Source: Eledone cirrhosa
Lineage: Eukaryota
Assembly (NCBI GenBank): GCA_964016885.1
Contig: OZ024741.1
Location: 309,442,001 to 309,506,000 of the forward strand
Length of the DNA: 64,000 nt
Reading direction: 5' to 3'
The notes beneath the pieces were generated by a model. It was not told where the DNA came from. It made no database searches and was given only the letters and a program-made list of their open reading frames with translations. Of the stretch, positions 58,793-64,000 are shown piece after piece (position 1 is the stretch's first letter; each line of letters begins with the position of its first letter). The position numbers and the translations under genes are program-made.

Positions 58793-60685
58793 TAAGGAAA
58801 AGCGAAGTAGTTTCAGATGTTCCAGTCCTTTAATAATAATTGCTTCCACTTTAGGCACAAGGCCAGCAATTACTCAGTGCATTACTGGTACTTTATTTTA
58901 TCGACCCCGTAAGGATGAAAGGCAAAGTCACCTCGGCGGGATTTGAACTCAGTCCTTTAATAATAATGGTGTGATATATATTTCAATGGCGAAAGTGGCC
59001 ACACTGTGTGTCAGTCTCGCGACATCGTCAGACAGCTTGTTACATAATAAGGTTATGTTTCCGAGGCAATCCAAATTGAATCGACATGGGAACGGACGAA
59101 GTATGTGCTTTTGGGTTCTTCATCCGTTCACCCCCACTGGTCTGCGCAGGCGCAGGTCCGGGGGGAAGTTGACCATTAGCTACCGCAGATTTAAACGAAA
59201 TTCGCTTGGTCAGTTCCCTCTCTCAGCCAGACAATGACCCATTCAAGCCGGCACCATAGTTTACTGCTACCCATCCCGCCTGTGGCAGTCAGCCGAAAGC
59301 CAGTGGGGATGGGAGAGTGTTTGTATTTACAGGTCTCTATACTACCTCTCACTAATAACTGACCATCAACCCCTAAGAGTATATATTTTTAATTCTATGT
59401 ATCATAGTTTCATATTGGAAGTTATAAGTGAAATTAGAACTAAAATCACAATTTAAAATCGAAAATCCTAAATCAAGTATCAGAAATTATAAATTAAAAA
59501 ATTAACAAATAGAAATTAAACAATTAAAGATTTTTCAAGTGAGAATCCGGATTGAGGTGAGTAGAAAAAATATATAGATTGAAGTGAGTAAATAATATGC
59601 AGAGAGATGTTTAAGTAAGAAGTTCTGAAAGAGGTCCTAATGTTACAGTTACCCTATCTACATACTGAACGATGGTGCCGTACAGTAGAACTGAGGGTAA
59701 ATTACAGTATTACGGGTAGTAGTCAATTGGGTACATAGTCGTAATTTCCATCACATGGAACAAAACCAACAAAGACATATATAAAGTACACAAAAGAAAA
59801 GAACCAATGAATGAATGAGTAAATGAGTGAATGAATGAATGAATGAATGAATGAATGCAAAAACACAGAGTACATATATGCAAAATGATCCATATTATTG
59901 TCAATTTGTCCATGTATAGGTTGAATTGAGGGGGCTTCTGTTCAAATGTGATTTGGTGCAGAAAAATAGGGGTTTATCTTTGTTTCCGCGTATTTATCCT
60001 GCCGAAAGTTATTATTATGTCCGTCCAGTGTCCGGGGTTTCCATCCTATGGTAGAGGGAATTTCCAGGGGTAGCTCATGGTTGGTTCCTCTCTTCTCCAC
60101 CATATCGGGTACATCATAGGGCGCTCAACTAATTGGAGCTAAATTCTCAGGGTAAACATTGATGCAATTCAAATCAAGCACTCAACGTACTTATTCCACA
60201 TAGGAGTGACGGAGTAAATATCGAATAAGGAAAAGCGAAGTAGTTTCAGATGTTCAAGTCCTTTAATAATAATGCTGTGATATATATTTCAATGGCGAAA
60301 GTGGCCACACTGTTCTGTGTGCCAGTCTCGCGACATCGTCAGACAGCTTGTTACATAATACCCCTGGAAATTCCCTCTGCCATGGGATGGAAACCCCGGA
60401 CACTGGACGGACATAATAATAACTTTCGCCATTGAAATATATATCACAGCATTCTCCGAGGTTAACTTTGCCTTTCATCCTTACGGGGTCGATAAAATAA
60501 AGTACCAGTAATACACTGGGTAATTGCTGGCCTTGTGCCTAACGTAGAAACAATTATTACTAAAGGACTTGAACATCTGAAACTACTTCGCTTTTCCTTA
60601 TTCGATATTTACTCCGTCACTCCTATGTGGAATAAGTACGTTGAGTGCTTGATTTGAATTGCATCAATGTTTACCCTAAGAATAT
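58793..60685 (-). mobile_element. Non-coding PLE-like partial tandem (1311-bp monomer between two HHRs) plus an inverted 5' piece
   Basis: HHRs at 58968-59036 and 60274-60347; 60140-60272 is inverted at 60553-60685; 60003-60072 is inverted at 60359-60428; (TA)n flanks. Confidence 0.75.
60274..60347 (-). ncRNA. Type I HHR with extended stem II (second copy at 58968-59036)
   Basis: GCUGU-CUGACGA-UG..GCGAGA/UUUCGC, UGGC/GCCA, ACAC/GUGU..-GAAAU-AUAU-AUC-ACAGC. Confidence 0.75.
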
Positions 60686-60757
60686 ATATATATATATATA
60701 CATATATCTTACATATATATATATATATATACATATATCTTATATATATATATAAGA

Positions 60758-60797
<40 letters not shown>

Positions 60798-60847
60798 TCT
60801 TACATATATATATATATATACATATATCTTATATATATATATAAGAC

Positions 60848-60886
<39 letters not shown>

Positions 60887-60937
60887 TCTTACATATATAT
60901 ATATATATATACATATATCTTATATATATATATAAGA

Positions 60938-60996
<59 letters not shown>

Positions 60997-61008
60997 TATA
61001 TATATACA

Positions 61009-61068
<60 letters not shown>

Positions 61069-61267
61069 TATATATACATATATCTTATATATATATATCT
61101 TATATATATATATATCTTATATATATATATATATATCTTATATATATATATACATATATCTTATATATATATATCTTATATATATATCTTATATATATAT
61201 ACATATATTTTATATATATATATATCTTATATATATATACATATATCTTATATATATATACATATAT

Positions 61268-61334
<67 letters not shown>

Positions 61335-61337
<3 letters not shown>

Positions 61338-63235
61338 AAAGTTAAACAAGCTTCATTGAATACATCAAAGAATGAGTTTTACAATAGATTGGAAGCACTC
61401 AACAAAAAAGGTTTTCCAAGGTTATTAATATTAATTCAAAATATTCACAAAATAGATATTCTTGTGATCAATTATATTTTATTATACATATTTCAGAGGT
61501 ACTGAGTTAAGTTCAACAGTACGTCCTCATCAGATAAAATAAGATGATGCATGACAAATATCTTTATCTAGTGTAATAACATACTCGTAGTTACATTTAT
61601 AAATAATTTAGACACTCAAATGACTCTATATTGTTATAAGTGTTTGATATTCCCTGGAAGTTCGAATTTATATAATGATTTTTACTTAATATAATATAAT
61701 TTAATTTAACTTATTTTATTTTAATTAAATTTAGATTACCTTCAGCTTTTTTCAAATATTTAGCTCCTCTTTCTATCACATTCGCTAAAATATTTTAGAT
61801 GTATCTTTTGTCTGCTATATTAAAACCCTATTACATTTATAATATATTTTTAATATTGGGCATCTTTAAGTTTCGCAAACAATTCATTTTCTTTTATTTG
61901 TATATTTATTTTTGTATCTAGCCCCTATCATTAGGACTCATATAGTTTTGACTTATATATATCAACTAAATGAAAATAATTGATATAAAACATTAATTTT
62001 TTAGCAATATTTTTTAACAATATTTTTTAACTATATATATTTATTGAACAATATTTTCAGTAACTTATTACTATATTGTATTATTGTATAATCCCGCCAT
62101 GGTTAACTTTGCCTTTCATCCTTACGGGGTCGATAAAATAAAGTACCAATAATGTACTGGATAATTGCTGGCCTTGTGCCAAAAGTAGAAACAATTATTG
62201 TATTATATTATATATATTTGAAAGGTATCACCTCAATTATAAACAAATAATAAACTATAATCCTTGTATATGTTTTGATCAACACATATATATAATTAAA
62301 AATTCAGGCATCTTTAAGTTTAGTTATAAGGCCGGTTGATCCTTTAGGCACTCAAACTATATAACAATAAATTCTTTAATAATTATAACTATAATTATTT
62401 TATAAATTATATTATATAAACTGTTGTCAATATTATAAATAATTTTGGTAAAGATTACCTCCGTGAGGGTATAAAAGCATTATATATTTTCTTTATCGTG
62501 TTTCGTAAATCCTTTAAATTTGTCTTCATAAAATTTGAATTTTAGAAATTAAACATAATTATAATATAAAGTAAAGTAAAATAAAATAAAGTACCAGTAA
62601 TACACTGGGTAATTGCTGGCCTTGTGCCAAAAGTAGAAACAATTATAATATTAATACAAATACCTATTAACTTTTAAAACCTAAAATTACTCTGAAATAA
62701 CTTAAATTAAATATTTTGAATATTAACGGCCAAATATATTAATTTGGATATATGTTGCATATATGGAAAACTGTATATAAACTTGAACATAAATTACTCC
62801 CTTTGTCTCTCTCTCTCTTTAATCATCTTTCATCTGTTTTTTCAAGCCACCTACTAAATATATTATCACATCAGCTGTTTCTTCCTCTATGCTTTCCTTT
62901 CCCTCCTCTTTCTTCAGTAGTTTTAAAAAGAAATTTTATAACTTTAATATTGATGCCATGTATTTTTTAAGCTGTATTACACGCACCCTCTCTATTGTTT
63001 GTATTATGTTATCTCATGTTCTCAATATTAGGGTATAAATATTGAGTTTTGTCATAAGTTAATCACTACCTTGATTGAATCTTAACCATCTACTATGTCA
63101 GGGTACGTCATGTATCATTTTATTTTATCTGATGAGGACGTACTGTTGAACTTAACTCAGTACCTCTGAAATATGTATAATAAAATATAATTGATCACAA
63201 GAATATCTATTTTGTTAATATTTTGAATTAATATT
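61335..63235. mobile_element. PLE-like element with inverted HHR-bearing termini and an AT-rich interior holding two SINE fragments
   Basis: 61424-61548 is inverted at 63115-63235. Confidence 0.75.
63121..63187 (+). ncRNA. Type I HHR (mirror copy at 61475-61541, - strand)
   Basis: UAUUUUAU-CUGAUGA-GG..GUACUG/CAGUAC..CU-GAAAU-AUGU-AUA-AUAAAAUA. Confidence 0.8.
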
Positions 63236-63331
63236 ATATATATATATATATTTGTGTGTGTATTTATGTATTTTGTATGTGTATATATGTGTATCTCTGT
63301 AGATGTGTTTGTATATGTTTGTATATATGTA

Positions 63332-63402
<71 letters not shown>

Positions 63403-63405
63403 GTA

Positions 63406-63910
<505 letters not shown>

Positions 63911-64000
63911 AGATATAAATACCACAACATTTATTTTGGAAAGCCAGATTCCTGATGATTTCTAAAGAATGAAACAGTTCTAGTCCTGTAGAATCTCATC

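Overview
Eukaryotic, AT-rich, microsatellite-saturated non-genic DNA. The repeat content resembles an octopus/cephalopod genome (inference, not verified). I find no convincing host protein-coding gene, and most ORFs in the track are simple-repeat artefacts. The window is a mosaic of transposable elements: an R4/Dong-type LINE with an open RT frame running off the left edge, RTE LINE fragments and RTE-derived non-autonomous elements, a Tx1/L1 3' end, hATm and mariner relics and MITEs, tRNA/CORE-type SINEs, and a ~9.5 kb (CCA)-derived satellite. The dominant theme is a Penelope-like element (PLE) / hammerhead ribozyme (HHR) system. It includes a nearly intact RT+GIY-YIG PLE (16.2-20.3 kb) and a Neptune-type GIY-YIG 3' fragment. 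Many small inverted or partial-tandem non-coding inserts in (TA)n carry type I HHR motifs, including U3-A8, U4A and very long stem II variants. A near-identical 310-bp tandem array (32.0-37.5 kb; 14 forward + 3 inverted full units) has one minimal HHR per unit, the architecture of a non-LTR retrozyme / circular-RNA element. All ribozyme calls come from manual motif and base-pair inspection and have not been tested.
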